Source: Callorhinchus milii (lineage: Eukaryota). Taken from it: DNA of 64,000 nucleotides. Where the stretch lies: positions 115,942,001 through 116,006,000 of the forward strand of contig NW_024704743.1 in NCBI RefSeq assembly GCF_018977255.1. Reading direction: 5' to 3'. The translations under genes and the position numbers were made by a program. A model generated the notes under the pieces. It did not search any database. It saw nothing but the letters and a program-made list of their open reading frames with translations, and was not told the origin of the DNA. Positions 11,543-24,413 of the stretch are shown piece after piece. Each line of letters starts with the position of its first letter. Position 1 is the first letter of the stretch.

Positions 11543-11895
11543 ATTCCTGGGACTCAGTGTTTAGAGCACTCACTTCGCAAGCGAGAGGACCTGGGTTGAC
11601 TTGGGCAAGTTTCCTTATTCCACAAGCCTCCATTTTTGCTAGCATTAAGTAAGAACCCAGTTGTTAGTTGATTGGCAGATTGCTTTTCTGGGGGTAATAA
11701 TTCCTTCAAAATAAATACAAATAATTTGGTCACTCAATCCATGACTGTTTGTGGGACACTGCTGTGCGCAATTGGCTGCTGCATTTATCCACAAAATATA
11801 CAGTCAATTCACTTTACAGTATTTTCTGTGAAGCGCTTTGAAATGTCTTGTTGACGTGATAAGGCATTATATCAAATGCAAAGATTATTATTATA
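11543..11895 (+). mobile_element. tRNA-headed SINE, long subfamily
   Basis: Contains the extra ...GCTAGCATTAAGTAAGAACCCAGTTGTTAGTTGATTGGCAGATTGCTTTTCTGGGGG segment. Confidence 0.85.
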
Positions 11896-13019
11896 ATCAC
11901 TGTAGTGTTTCCTATTACCACTGGCATGAATACTAACTGTAGTGAATTATTGCTAACACTAGCTCTAAAGAGGATAGCTTCTTACCAGACACGTTAATTA
12001 TTCCTGTTAGAATCAGGGTTAACAATTGCTGTTATGCTACCACTGCCTCTGAAAACAATATTAAAATTCTCCCCAGGATGGGTCACAGTGTCTGCGTTCT
12101 GATTCGTATCATCTAAGCAGATGTGCGTGAACAAGAATGGGTTCAGCCGGGCTGAGTGAGCAGCCAGCTGTAGCTTACAGGATAGAGATTGAAATATGAG
12201 TCAAGTTCGAATAGGTGTTGGTGTTATTGCATATGGATTCATGCAAATTGACTTTTTCCGTAGGGAATTGAACTAGACTTTTCCTCTTCTTTTTCTCCAA
12301 TTTTCTCTACTGTTGCTAACTCACAGTGGATTAAGGTTTCCCGAGGGGTCCTGCTGTCCTCTGGTTCCTTGTCCACTGGATCATTCCTCCTGGGTGAGCC
12401 TAGACAGTAGAGTCTCCATCACATGCTTATTGCTAAAAGTAACAAGATTTTGTCCCCATCTGACCACTGCACGTGTGGTCAACAGCAACTTGTACTTAGG
12501 AACATAAGGAAAGAGGCATTCAGGCCCTTGAGGCTGCCCATTCTATAGCTTTCTGGGCAGAATGTTCCACATCTTCACAACCTTCTGTGTGAAGGAATAT
12601 CTCCTGATACCTTTCACAAAGGGCAATCATCTAAAAATTGCGTTGTTGAAAGGAAGGGGAAACTGTTGACCAAAGGCACTTTCACAAAGAGTGGAGGGCT
12701 GGGGGAAATGTGGAGATTAATGGCGAAAGGCTCAGCCACTAATGATGAGATGAGGAAATGAGGAACAAGCAATAGAAGAGCAGAAGGTAGAGGCAGAAGA
12801 ACAAGGTTGGAGGAGATTGCAACGAAGGGATAGGTCATGTCGAGGATGGTGTTCAGTGGCTATTGATCAGGAGCAGAAACTGGGATTTCGCTACTCTCTA
12901 ATGGGGGATGCGAACACTGAGTTAATTGCAGCCCTTCACTCCTTCCTCCCTCTTTATCCACAACTATTGTTCTGGCTCAGATCAACTCAAACCTGAGATC
13001 ACAATAATAATAATATAAT

Positions 13020-13445
13020 AATTCCAATCATTATTGGATTGTATTTTGCGTCATTCACATGAGGAGGACATCCCAAAAGGATTTATTGTGAACTGCAGTG
13101 ACTGTATATTTTGTAGTCAAACCCGGAAGCCAACTTGTGCAGCAATGTCCCACCAATAGCCATGAAGTGAATGATCAATTTTATCTGGGGGATTGTTCGC
13201 TGGGACAGAAAGAGAAACTCTTCTCTTTTCAAATAGTGCCAGGGAATCTTTAGCATCCACCTGATGCGGCAAACAGGACCTCAATTTAACGTCTCATCTA
13301 AAGCTCGATGCCTCTGACAATGCAGCACACCCCCAGCATTGCACTGGAGTGTCAGTTTAGACTATGTGACTTCAAAGTCCTGACATGGGCTTGAAGTCCC
13401 TGTCTTCCGAATCAGAGGCAAGAGTGCTACCCACTGAGCCAAGCT
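13020..13445 (-). mobile_element. DeuSINE (SacSINE1-like)
   Basis: CAAATAGTGCCAGGGAATCTTTAGCATCCACCTGA...TTTAACGTCTCATC...GAGTGCTACCCACTGAGCC. Confidence 0.72.
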
Positions 13446-14076
13446 AAAGTCGTTGTAATAAATTATGGAAAATCCCCAAAATACAGCTGTCGGCAGGACC
13501 CATCTAACCACAAGAGGTAAACCATATCTAATTTATTCAGGAAACGCACTCCTCAAGGAATATTCAGGTGGAAATAAGACTGCTGTTTCCTGTGCAGATG
13601 CGCTTCTTTAATTAACATATCTCCGTGGAGACCGTATATAGCGCCGAGGGTTGAGATGAAGTTGTTAGTGATGGGGGTTAGCCTGCATGTATAATTAACA
13701 CATGCCACAAAATGTCATTAATATTGAAATAATCATCAAGTTAACAGTAATGAATGAACGCCGATAAACTTTATGAATGGATTTACTTGTATATTACATA
13801 CATGGGAGGACTGACTGCACTCTCCCATTCATCATTTCTACGAGTGACTCGCAGTGAAACACAGTCTAAGGTCCAAAGGAAATGACTGATTGTTAAACTG
13901 CGGATTCTCAGAATGGAGCAGTGAGGGGTTAGTGGATAAATGTACCACTTACTGAGGGATGTGAGCCAAAAGGTCCAGGAAAGCCCCCGGGTTCAAATCC
14001 CAGTTTGTGTTGAGTTATCAGATCTCAGCCAAAGCTGCAGTTGGGTGCATATTTTATTATAACTGGAGTCCTCTTT

Positions 14077-14430
14077 GGAGTCCTGTAGCATATTGGTTGG
14101 AGCAATCGCCTCGCAAGCGAGAGGACCCAGGTTCGATCCCCAGGCAGGATAGGCAAGTTTCCTTACTCCACACTCTTCTGTTTACCTAACATTAAGTAGG
14201 AACCCAATTGTTAGTTGATTGGCAGATTGCCTTCCAGAGGTAATAATCCCTTAAAAAAAATGTGGTCACTCATTCCACACTGTTTGTGGGACACTGCTGT
14301 GTGCAATTAGCTGCTGCGTTTCGCCCACACAATATACAATCAACTCACTTTACAGTATATACTATGAAGCACTTTGAGACGTCTTAATGATGTAATAAGA
14401 CTCTATATCAAATACAAGGATTATTATATA
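14077..14430 (+). mobile_element. tRNA-headed SINE, long subfamily
   Basis: GGAGTCCTGTAGCA... head, long core, L2-like tail. Confidence 0.85.
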
Positions 14431-15124
14431 TTATTGTTATAATTGTATGATCCCTAGTGCTGTGTTAGCAGATCTCAACAATGACAGTAATTGTAAGTGG
14501 TGGGAGGGGGGGGCTATAATTCACCTCAATGCCTCCCCATCCTCTCGGGTGGGGGCTTCCTAAACCCCCCCCCCCGGGGCTTCAATTACATGCAGCCACC
14601 AAGGCTTTTCACCTGTGGGTGTGTGACTTGGACTGTCAGGCTGACTGGCACTGAAGGGAATTTGCAGGTTATATAAGTGAACTTTGAGACAATACATAAA
14701 ACCAACAACTACTTGCCTTGCACCTGCACACCTCATTAAAAGAATTCTTCCTCAGATAAAGGTTCCAGTCCAAATGAATGGCTTTGAATTTCATTGAACC
14801 TCCATTGAACCAGGCAGATTAAAATTACAATTCAGCACACTCATTCTCTGGAAACTGCATTTCTTTTTTGGGTGGGGAAGCTCTTAGTGCTCTGACATTG
14901 TGGCAGGAAGAAGTCATAAAAGACCTTCCAGAATCCGCTTAAGGTCTCCTTTGAAATTCTCCCAGCTCTTTCTCTGTACACGACAGCAAGTTATTAGTAG
15001 CTTAGAATTGCTCTGAGCACCACAGTGCTGGAGCCCAGGAGAGCATATTGATTGGTAGTGAAGAGGAAGGGGGGGACGGGGGAATAAAGTGAGTTCCAAG
15101 TGCAGGCAGTAATACGCAGAATAA

Positions 15125-15425
15125 ATGTTGGGCAAGTTTCCTTACTCGCTTGCGCCTATGTTTACCTACCAGTAATTAAGAACCCGGTTATTAGTAGATT
15201 GACGGATCGCTTTTCCGGGGATAATAATCTTTTCCAAAAATAATAATAATGATAATTTGGTCACTCAATCCACGACTGTTTGTGGGGCACTGCTGTGCGC
15301 AATTGGCTGCCGCGTTCGCCCACAAATATACAGTCAATTCACTTTACAGTGTGTTCTGTGAAGCGCTTTGGAACGACCTCCCGACGTGAAAAGCACTATA
15401 TCAAATGCAAGGATTATTATTATTA
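15125..15425 (+). mobile_element. 5'-truncated long-subfamily SINE
   Basis: TTGGGCAAGTTTCCTTACTC through ATCAAATGCAAGGATTATTAT. Confidence 0.85.
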
Positions 15426-15507
15426 TAGTCAATGTAATTTACAGTATATTGTGTGAAGTGCTTTGAGACATCCCAAAGATGTGATAAGGCGCTATATCAA
15501 ATGCAAG

Positions 15508-15508
15508 G

Positions 15509-15578
<70 letters not shown>
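15508..15578. repeat. (ATT)n microsatellite expanded from a SINE tail
   Basis: More than 20 ATT units directly after ...ATCAAATGCAAGG. Confidence 0.95.
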
Positions 15579-15580
<2 letters not shown>

Positions 15581-16329
15581 ACATTCTGCCTTTTGATGTA
15601 GATTGCAGACAACCCACCCTCTACCTCTATCCAGTGAGCTACCAATGTCAGGCATGTATCACAGAGGGGAGTCTGAACAAACCTCAGTACCTCCTCCTCC
15701 CAAGATAGGAGGGGAAAATTAAACAGAGGGAGCGAGATCCCGCATGCCACGTTGAAATGTCTCAAAACACATTTTACAATTGTTGATGTCATGTGTACTT
15801 CCAGTTTTCTGTAGCGTAAGATCCATTCACACACAAAATATATGGTGAATTAATCTTATAGTAACCTCTATTATCAGCAGCTTAATAAACACAGAAGCCA
15901 TTATGCGCACAGTGAGATCCCATATTCAGGAATGAGGTAAATGACCAATTAATCTAGAGGTCAGGTCTCTGGGAGAAACTCCCTCCTCTTTTTAAAATGC
16001 GCCATGGGATCTTCTTCAGCGCCCATCTGTTAAACAGCCAGATGGGACCTCAGTTTAATGTGTAACTGTGCAGAGCACTGCCCTGGAGTGTCAGCCTAGA
16101 CTGCGAGTTCAAGTCCCAATGAAAGGCAGGAACTTGCAATTGTTTGACCCAGAATCGAAAATGGATCCCCTGCCTATTCTCCCATTCTGTCTCTGTGAAG
16201 CACTTTGACATGTTCTCCAATATGAAAGCATTACATGTTGTTGAGAGTACTATCAACTAAATTCATAAAATGTTGAAAGAGCCCCCTTAGGTAAAAGCCT
16301 GTTCTGTTAAAACCTAACCCAAAACCTTT

Positions 16330-16545
16330 AACAACAACAACGACAACAAGATTCCATTTATAGAGCGCCTTTCACGTCGGGACGACGTCCCAAGGCGCTG
16401 GACAGTTGGGTCAGGAGCCGAGCAGGGGGGAAATGGTCAGGGCGAGGGGAGGGAAGGGGTGAGGAGGGGGTAGAGAGTCGAGAGGGGAGCTGAAGGCACA
16501 GTCAAAGAGAAAGGTCTTGAGACCAGCCTTGGAGGAGGAAAGGAT
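16330..16545 (-). mobile_element. L2 LINE 3' end
   Basis: Reverse complement closely matches the 3' end of the 34772-35566 copy, including the (TTG)n tail. Confidence 0.85.
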
Positions 16546-16667
16546 GGCTAACCTGGACCAAATTACCGAACGTTTAAATCTATGGCTAACCTCTGCCAAA
16601 GTCCCTAGCCCCAGTTTTTTTTAATAAAATTAGCTTTGAACCCGGTCTCGACTGTTAACCCTAATCG

Positions 16668-17191
16668 TGTTTCTTAAGGACTGAAATTTATTGTTGTGGA
16701 AATGTTGCCGCAAGAGACAACAATCAATGTAATCATCACTGTCTGTCGCCACATTTCATCACTCTCCCCATCAATGTTTTATGTTTCTTTAGGCTCTTCT
16801 AACACTGATGGTATATTGCTACAGCACCATTGTAACATGGGCTTAATTTAGGTTTTGTTTTTAAAGCAACAGTCATCTTTGCAAGTACCGTGGATAAGGT
16901 TTCTCTTTCTCAAGTCTGTCAATATTACAGGGAAGGTAAGCCAGTATTATAGAACAGGAGGCCATTTGGCCCAACATGTGCATACTTACTCTCTGAGAGT
17001 CATCTTCTTAGTCCTATTCTCTGGCCTCCCCTTTCCGCTTACAGTTTTATATTACTCCTTTTCAGATATTTATTCAATTCCCTTTTAAATGCTCTGAGTT
17101 ACTAGTCCATGTGAAGGGTGCTATATAAATGCAAATTGTTGTTGTAATGTGGTTTCTGCTTCAACTGTAGACAGTCCACATCCTAACAACC
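16668..17191 (+). repeat. Local segmental duplication, copy B
   Basis: Colinear with 9725-10262. Confidence 0.88.
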
Positions 17192-17361
17192 ATCTGCGTA
17201 AAATTCTGCTAGCTTCTTCCTTTCCTCTTTACGATTAACTCTGGGATCACTTGGTGACAAGAGACGGTCACATCTGGCAAGGGTTTCCTGCAGGTGTCAG
17301 GGACTCGGCTGAAGGAAAGATGAGGTATAATAATAGAAATGCTTTCAAATTAATGTAGAAG

Positions 17362-18135
17362 ACTCTCTCCCTCCACACCTTATAACCTGTCTCCCCCTCC
17401 TCTCTCACCACCACTATAACCCGCACAAAGCCCACCACCTGCTCTCTCGACCCCATCCCTACCCCTCTCCTTACCTCCCAGCTCCACCTTCTCGCCTCTT
17501 TACTCTCAGACCTTGTCAACCTCTCTCTGTCACCGATCCCCCCCCCTAAAAATGTCCCTGCTTGTCAGCCTTCCCAATTCTTCCCTCCGCAAGCTGCAGA
17601 TCATCCAGAACTCTGCAGCTCGTGTCCTCTCCCGCACTAGGTTCCATGACCCATCACATCCACCTCGCCCGGCTCCACTGGCTCCCCATCCCTCAGAGGA
17701 TCAAGTTCAAAATCCTGTCCTCACCTTCAAGACCCTCTCCGACCTGCTAACTCCTTATCAACCTGTCCGCTCCTTCCACTCAGCAGGCTCTGGCATGCTC
17801 CACGTCCTCTGCCCAGCCCGCCCCACCATCGGAGGTCAGGCCTTTAGCTTCTCTGCTCCCACCCACTAGAACTCCATTCTCTTCACTTCACTCCCTCTCT
17901 TGCCTCCTTCAAGGCATAGCTCAAGACCCTCCTCTTTGACCGTGCTTTCGGCCACCTTCCTACCCACCACCCTCCCTGATCCCAACCCCGCCACCCCCGC
18001 TCAGGTCCTAATTGGTCAAACTCCTCCCTCCACAGGCTGCAGATAATCCAGAACTCTGCAGCCCGTGTCCTCTCCTACACCAAACTCCGTGACCCCCATC
18101 TCCGCCTCTCTCGCCCGACTCCACTGGCTCCTCCC
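17362..18135 (+). mobile_element. Rearranged L2 LINE fragments
   Basis: KPTTCSLDPIPTPLL segment, then [12 protein letters not shown]...HWLP; the [11 protein letters not shown] block is repeated again at 18020-18130. Confidence 0.85.
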
Positions 18136-18592
18136 GACATGAGAGGCGCAATTCCAAAGTAATGTTGTATTGTATTGCAGAACCTTAACATGTCGCTGAG
18201 ATTTCTTGAAGCACTTCACGTGATATTCTTTAAAGTGTGGCTGCCGAGGTTTGGCCAAAAAAAAAAAGCCTAGTCAATTCACTTTACTGGATTCTGCGAT
18301 TCTGTGTAGCGCTTTGAGACGTTTCAATTACACGATTGGGTACTATATCAAATGCAAGGATTATTATTAGAGATTCTTGAGTCTGGCAAGGGTTTTCTAC
18401 AGGTACTGGGATACGTGTCGCTGAGCGCAATTATTTTTCCTGAGGGTGAATTTGTGCCTTGGATGTGTTTGTGTTGTTTTTTAAGGGTAATTTAATTGAT
18501 CGCTTTCCCATGTCTTCCTCACATCTTGAGCCAACCAGTTGGTATGGTATAGGTATCTCCCCCCCCAACCCCCCACCCCCCCACCCCCCATC

Positions 18593-18611
18593 CCATCAAT
18601 AGAGGGCGCTA
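18593..18611 (+). promoter_or_regulatory. Candidate CTCF site
   Basis: CCATCAATAGAGGGCGCTA matches the 3' core AGRKGGCGCTA of the CTCF motif, with a weaker 5' half. Confidence 0.35.
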
Positions 18612-19419
18612 TCAGCCCGTAGGCGTTCCCGATGCGACCACAAAAAACAATGCATATGCCCAGGAAATAAGCCTGAAATAGCCCTATTCCCACTCCAAAA
18701 GCATAAGGCGCTGGTGGACAGCTGTTCCGCACATCTGCACACAACCCAAAGACCTGATTCCCAGCAATCTGTTTTTTTTTAATATATACGGGATTTTATG
18801 TTTTTTTTTACAAAAAAACGCAGCAATTTGTTCCTTGCCAATTCTGTAATCCGATGAGCATATTTTCCAATGTTAATTAGTGGATTCATGGACTCAGATT
18901 TTGTACCTGTGTACAACTTTTTTGGGGGGAGGGGAGGAGGATGGGGGGAGGAAGGGGATAGGAACTGTCTGTTTATCTCCGATTCAATACTCAAAAGTGC
19001 ATTAAAATAAATGCAAGAAATATCTCTCTGCATTACAGTCACAGACTTTTTTTTTGCAATAAAATGTCATTTTTATTTTAATTGTAGGTTTCCCAAAACT
19101 TGCTTTAAATAATAATAGGTTAGTGATTGGGGCGTGTGTGTGTGTGCGTGTGTGTCTTTTATGGGGTGAAAACGAATGCATTTTCACATCTGCTCTTTTG
19201 TACAAATAATTCTACGTTTCTTTGTAACATAACGTTGCACTGGCACACGACTCGGGCATTTCTGCAGGTTTGCAACTTAGCCACAGACCCACACAGTTCC
19301 CCACAGGCTTGCACTCGCAATTTAGTTCTTATGTCTGTGTACTGCACTGAGGAAGAAAACAAATCGATGAAATAATTTTAGCAGCTGGGAGCACACCACA
19401 ATGTGGAGTAACTGTATAC

Positions 19420-19865
19420 ACTCAAACCGACACATGCAAACACAGACAGTGACACATACACACACAGAGATGCAGAAACACACAGCCACACAAATATACA
19501 GGGGTGGAAATAGTGGTGTTCATAACACTTTGAGCAAAAAAAACACACCCACATACACACACACACACAAAGACACAAACACTAGCATGGTCAGACTCTG
19601 GAACAGAGTACTGACACACAGCCAGAGGCACCCAGGAATTTATACAGATTCAGAGCCTCAAGAATACACAAACATGCACTCAAACACAGGAAGGGGCGCA
19701 CACACACATACACAGAGTTACAGAAAAGGTACAGACAGAGAGAGAGAGAGAGTCAAACATATATAACGAGGGGGGAAGAGACTAACAGTATAAACAACAT
19801 GAACACACAAATACAGATACGCTGATTTGCACCTCTCCCTCCATATATATACACACACACACACA
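19420..19865. repeat. (CA)/(GA)-rich low-complexity region
   Basis: Interrupted CA and GA dinucleotide runs. Confidence 0.75.
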
Positions 19866-21064
19866 ACTCGAGGGAAAGCATTCCTTATAATAATAATGTG
19901 CATTACATTCGTTTGGCCTCTCGTGTACCAACTGTTTGCCACGTTGTGTACCAGTTGATGGTGGTGGATTTTTTTGTTTCTTGGCTGAAGTGAATGGTGA
20001 GACATAACCTTATTTATTTATACACCAATCCACTCCCCAGCAGAAACTGCCCGTCCAAATCACTGCATCAAATAAACCAGGACTGCACTGTACTTTATAA
20101 TAAAGATCAGAGTTAACTGACCACATCCTCCCACCAGAGTGTACAGTATTGACTTGCAGGGGAAGCAATGTTAATTTAAAGGAATCCATCATTATTTGCT
20201 GTTTTCCTTCCAGAAGTTTACAGAGGGGAAGTTTTGTTTCGTGCAGAGTGGGTTCGAGAAACATTCTTTTACATAGAAGTTATTAGACCGTCCCACGTGA
20301 ATTCTGCAGTTGACAATTATACAGAAGTTTGGACGTGAGTCGCTCTTCTCGCTTAAACCTCAGGCTGACAGTTTATAGAACAGTCACTAGTCTCCAGTAG
20401 AGTATACAACAAACCACAACTCTTCAAACTGTGGCTCATGCTGCTTATTAACTGGTAGCTTTCCCCATGTAGGTTTTAATACTTTCTGGAATTAGGTAAA
20501 CAGGATGCGTTCTTCCAGGGAGAGAGTGCGTATTCCATTCCAACAATTTATCTCTAGGATTTCCAGGTGTAGGTGGGATGCATGGAAATCTCAGCTTGGT
20601 TTGGACACTCTTAAGCATAGTGATGGGTTTCTGCATGTGTCAGACACCAAGCTGACCGTAAAAAAAGGATTTAAGCACCGGGTTGGGTGGAGGTTCAGAT
20701 AAGTACTATATTCTTTTCGCCCACAAAATATACAGTCAATTCACTTTACAGTACTTTCTGTGAACTCTTTGAGACAAATTTACAAATAGTTACCCATAGC
20801 ATTGATGTATATCTAATAACATCCAAACATCCCAAAAGGCTTTGCGGATAATTGCTCTCAAGTGCACAGTATTAGACTGATCATACTAGTAGTAGGTTGA
20901 TGCAACCGCCAATTTGCACGCAGCAGTGCCCTATAAACAACAAATTTATCAGGAGGTTTGTTGACTAGAAGACTCATCCTCTTCCAATACTCGTGTCATG
21001 AAATGTTTAGTGGCCACATTAACATCTCAATTAAATATTTCACCCAAAAGAAGCACCTCTGGTT

Positions 21065-21442
21065 TAATAATAATAATCCTTGCATTTGATATAGCGGCTT
21101 ATCACCTCATTGAGATGTCTCAAAGGTCTTCACAGAATATAACGGGAAGTGAATTGACTGTAATTGTGGGCGAAATGCAGCATCTAATTTTGCACAGCAA
21201 TGTCCCACAGCAGTACCACACCCTCCCACCAGGGTGTACAGTATTGAGTGACCAAATGATTAATTTTTTTTGACGGGTTTATTACCCCCCAGAAAGTGAT
21301 TTGCCAATTGACCAACAACCAGGTTACTACTTATTCCTAGGTAACCAGAGGGTGTGGAGTGAGGAAACTTGTCTAAGGTTTCGCCTTGCCCGGGAATCGA
21401 ACCTGGGTCCTCTCGCTTGTGAGATGAGTGCTCTAACCAATA
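21065..21442 (-). mobile_element. tRNA-headed SINE, long subfamily
   Basis: Full reverse-complement copy. Confidence 0.82.
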
Positions 21443-23430
21443 AAGGGCTCCACCTTAAATCCCAATGTGGGACTTGAGCAACAACCTTTTGACTCAGTGG
21501 GGAGAGTGCTATAACAAGAGCGGGAGAAGAAGCAGGAACAAGGATGAGACTTGTCTCTCCCTTAACTCCTCACACACTCTGCTTAATTATTTTCTTGCTG
21601 AGTTCAAGACTTTGTGTGCATGTGTACTGTCACTCTAAACCCTGCCTTATATTTAAGATTATGATAACTATGTGCAAAAGCCTAGTGCTGGAGCCAGGGT
21701 GAATTGAAACACGAGTCTTGTTTCGGGATTAAGTTGGGCAAAAAGCCCTGCATTTGTTTTAGGATTAGGGTTAAGGGAAACATTTTACTTGCTTTAGGCT
21801 TAGGGTGAGAAACAGTGCACCCCCATCACACCAAACCACAACTCTGACAATACTCCCACCCACTGTGGTCTGTGAAATCCACATCCGCTGTGTGCCTCTT
21901 CTGTAATAGGTCATTATTATTTACTAACCATTAGTTACTAAATCACTGTTCTCTTTGACAACTTTGAGTGTAATTGCTAGAAACCTAAAGTCAAAATGAT
22001 GTGGGTAAGAGGGGTATTTGGAGGTAGAGGTGTGTTTGTTGGGGGGGGGGGGGGGAATTGGCTGTCATGTATCACCCACAAAATAACAGTCAATTCACTT
22101 TACAGTACACTGTGAAGCACTTTGACATGTTTCAACAACGTGATAAAGCGCTATATCAAATGCCATGATTGTTATTTTTTAAAGAAATGTGAAGATTTTC
22201 TCCCCTCTTCAGCCCTAATCTTAATAAGGAAGAGTGCGCTGTGAACAGGACAGTTCATACAATCCTTGCATTTCATGTAGCACCTTTTCACCCCGGGTGG
22301 ACGTCTCAAAGCGCTTCACAGAATTTACTGTAAAGTGTAGTGACTGTGTATTCTGTGCACAAAAATTCCTTCCCTTAACCCCCACCCCCCCGTCCCACAC
22401 CACGTTGCGGTTTATAATTATCATACTTTATATGTACCCTGACTCAAACTTAAAATAGATGACAATTCAAAACAGAAGTGCTAGTGAGGAGCTCCATAGA
22501 AAGTCAGAGGGCCCCGGCCAATAAAATTAAAATAAGTTTGAGGCTGGGTGGATATTTAGCATTAAATGTCTCCCCTGTGAGAAGGAGAGAGAGAGAGTGA
22601 GTGTGTGTGCACCTGTGCAGACGCCATGGGTTTAATAAACAACCTCCTCTGTGTTATAAATTTTCTAAACCCTAATAATAATAATTATTATATGCCCTCC
22701 TCGGCTTGCGGTGCGAAAACTATTATTGCCGCATTAACTCTTCATCTCTAATAGATTTGGACTGAGCTCACAGCTCAGGGATCTCTCATCAACCCCAACC
22801 ACCTCGAGTATTATTGATAATAAAACCGCAGCCAGTGCCCCTGTGTTTCGTTGGCTAAAGTTAAAGCATAAATAAATGCATATATATTTTTTTAAAAAAT
22901 CATTTTAATGACGTTAAAGATAACTTAACAAGAAATGCATATTTTTTTAAAAAAAATAAAGCTAAAGATAACCTGAAGCGGATTAAGTTCAGATGAAAAC
23001 TATATATATATATATAATAATAATACAAGGATGATTTGGGGAATGAATTAAATCTTTGCACTCTACGAAAATAAAGTCGGATGATTAGTTATTTCTGGAT
23101 TCAGAAAGCCACAAGAATCCACACACCAGAGAGACTGTACATCTCCTTCATCCACTTCTCTCGCAAGTGTATAATTTTCACGCTGTTTTTTTCACGGAGG
23201 GGCTTCAATCTCTCAACCCCCTGCAAAAAAGGTGTTGCGATTCCCCCCCCCTCTCTCTCTCTCTCTCTCTCCGCACAGACGCACACTCCCCGCAGCCACA
23301 CACCACGTTATAATCATCACTCTGTGCAGCCTCCGGTTACCGTGACTGCTGCGCTAAGACATTTAAACTGAGAGGACGATGGCAAATAGAAGCAACACCG
23401 ACTGAGGAGCTTCATGCAAAGTCAAAGAAC

Positions 23431-23719
23431 CCCAGAGTCAATCCGGACCCCCAGAGTCAATCCGGATCCCCAGAGTCAATCCGGACCCCCAGAGTCAATC
23501 CGGATCCCCAGAGTCAATCCGGACCCCCGGAGTCAATCTGGACCCCCGGAGTCAATCCGGACCCCCGGAGTCAATCCGGACCCCCGGAGTCAATCCGGAC
23601 CCCCAGAGTCAATCCGGACCCCCGGAGTCAATCCGGACCTCCAGAGTCAATCCGGACCCCCAGAGTCAATCCGGACCCCCAGAATCAATCCGGACCCCCA
23701 GAGTCAATCCGGACCCCCA
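23431..23719. repeat. 19-bp minisatellite, about 15 copies (CCCAGAGTCAATCCGGACC)
   Basis: Direct reading: head-to-tail 19-nt period with few substitutions and no spacers. Confidence 0.95.
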
Positions 23720-23859
23720 CCGCAACCATCAGCCTGTGTGTGTTTGGGCTGAGGACTGTTGCTGGTCTTGTCATCCGGATGATGATGATGAGGAGGAGAT
23801 GGTTACAGGTTGACTGCTGGTGAATTACAGGGCTGGTTACTGGTCACAGGCTGACTGCA

Positions 23860-24413
23860 GACTGGGTACCAGTTACCCCCCTCCCCCCCACATACCCCCA
23901 CCCCCCCCCCCTCCCCCACCCCCCCCACATACACACTCTCTCTCTCTACTTCGGGGTCGCACGTTTCAGCTGCTAACTTTCCGCACGGACTTTCTCCCTC
24001 ACTCACGGTGGGAGGAGAGAGGGAGAGAGGAGGAGGGAGGGAGGGAGAGAGAGAGGAGGAGGGAGGGAGAGAGAGAGAGAGGAGGAGGGAGGGAGGGAGG
24101 GAGAGAGAGGGAAATACTCCTTCAACTACACATTGAATCCCGGGGAGAGGGAAGATTGTGCACACGCTCTGTTGTGCTGGACACACGCCTCCTGACGTGG
24201 TCTCTTTGCTGTGTGTCTGTGTGTGTGACTGTCTGTCTGTCTGTCTGTGTGTGTGTGACTGTCTGTCTGTCAGAGCGGAGAGGAAGCGCTGAAGTTCCTG
24301 ACAAGAGCCTAAAGTATCTGCGGAGAGGAGCGGGGCAGCCCCCGAGCCGCCGCCAGACCTCCCCCCACCGCCACCACCGCCACCACCGGGACAGGGACTG
24401 AGCCCCGGAGGCC
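23860..24413 (+). promoter_or_regulatory. Promoter/5'UTR and CpG-rich region of the PTPR gene
   Basis: C-tract, GA-rich purine tract, raised CpG density and (CCA/CCG) repeats directly upstream of the ATG; no ATG seen in the preceding several hundred bases. Confidence 0.55.

Larger units (their letters stand above)
11020..11965. repeat. Degenerate AT-rich minisatellite interrupted by two SINEs
   Basis: Recurrent ACTGGCACTAATAGTGGCTCTAGTGATTCACTATTAAC-like units at 11020-11190, 11505-11545 and 11895-11965. Confidence 0.55.

Noticed and set aside
15439..15834. Poly-isoleucine membrane protein ORF
   Set aside because: Translation of an (ATT)n SINE-tail microsatellite
23431..23719. CRISPR-like array, or the repetitive ORF 23414-23752
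   Set aside because: Units abut with no unique spacers, there are no cas genes, and the context is eukaryotic; the ORF is a by-product of the 19-bp period
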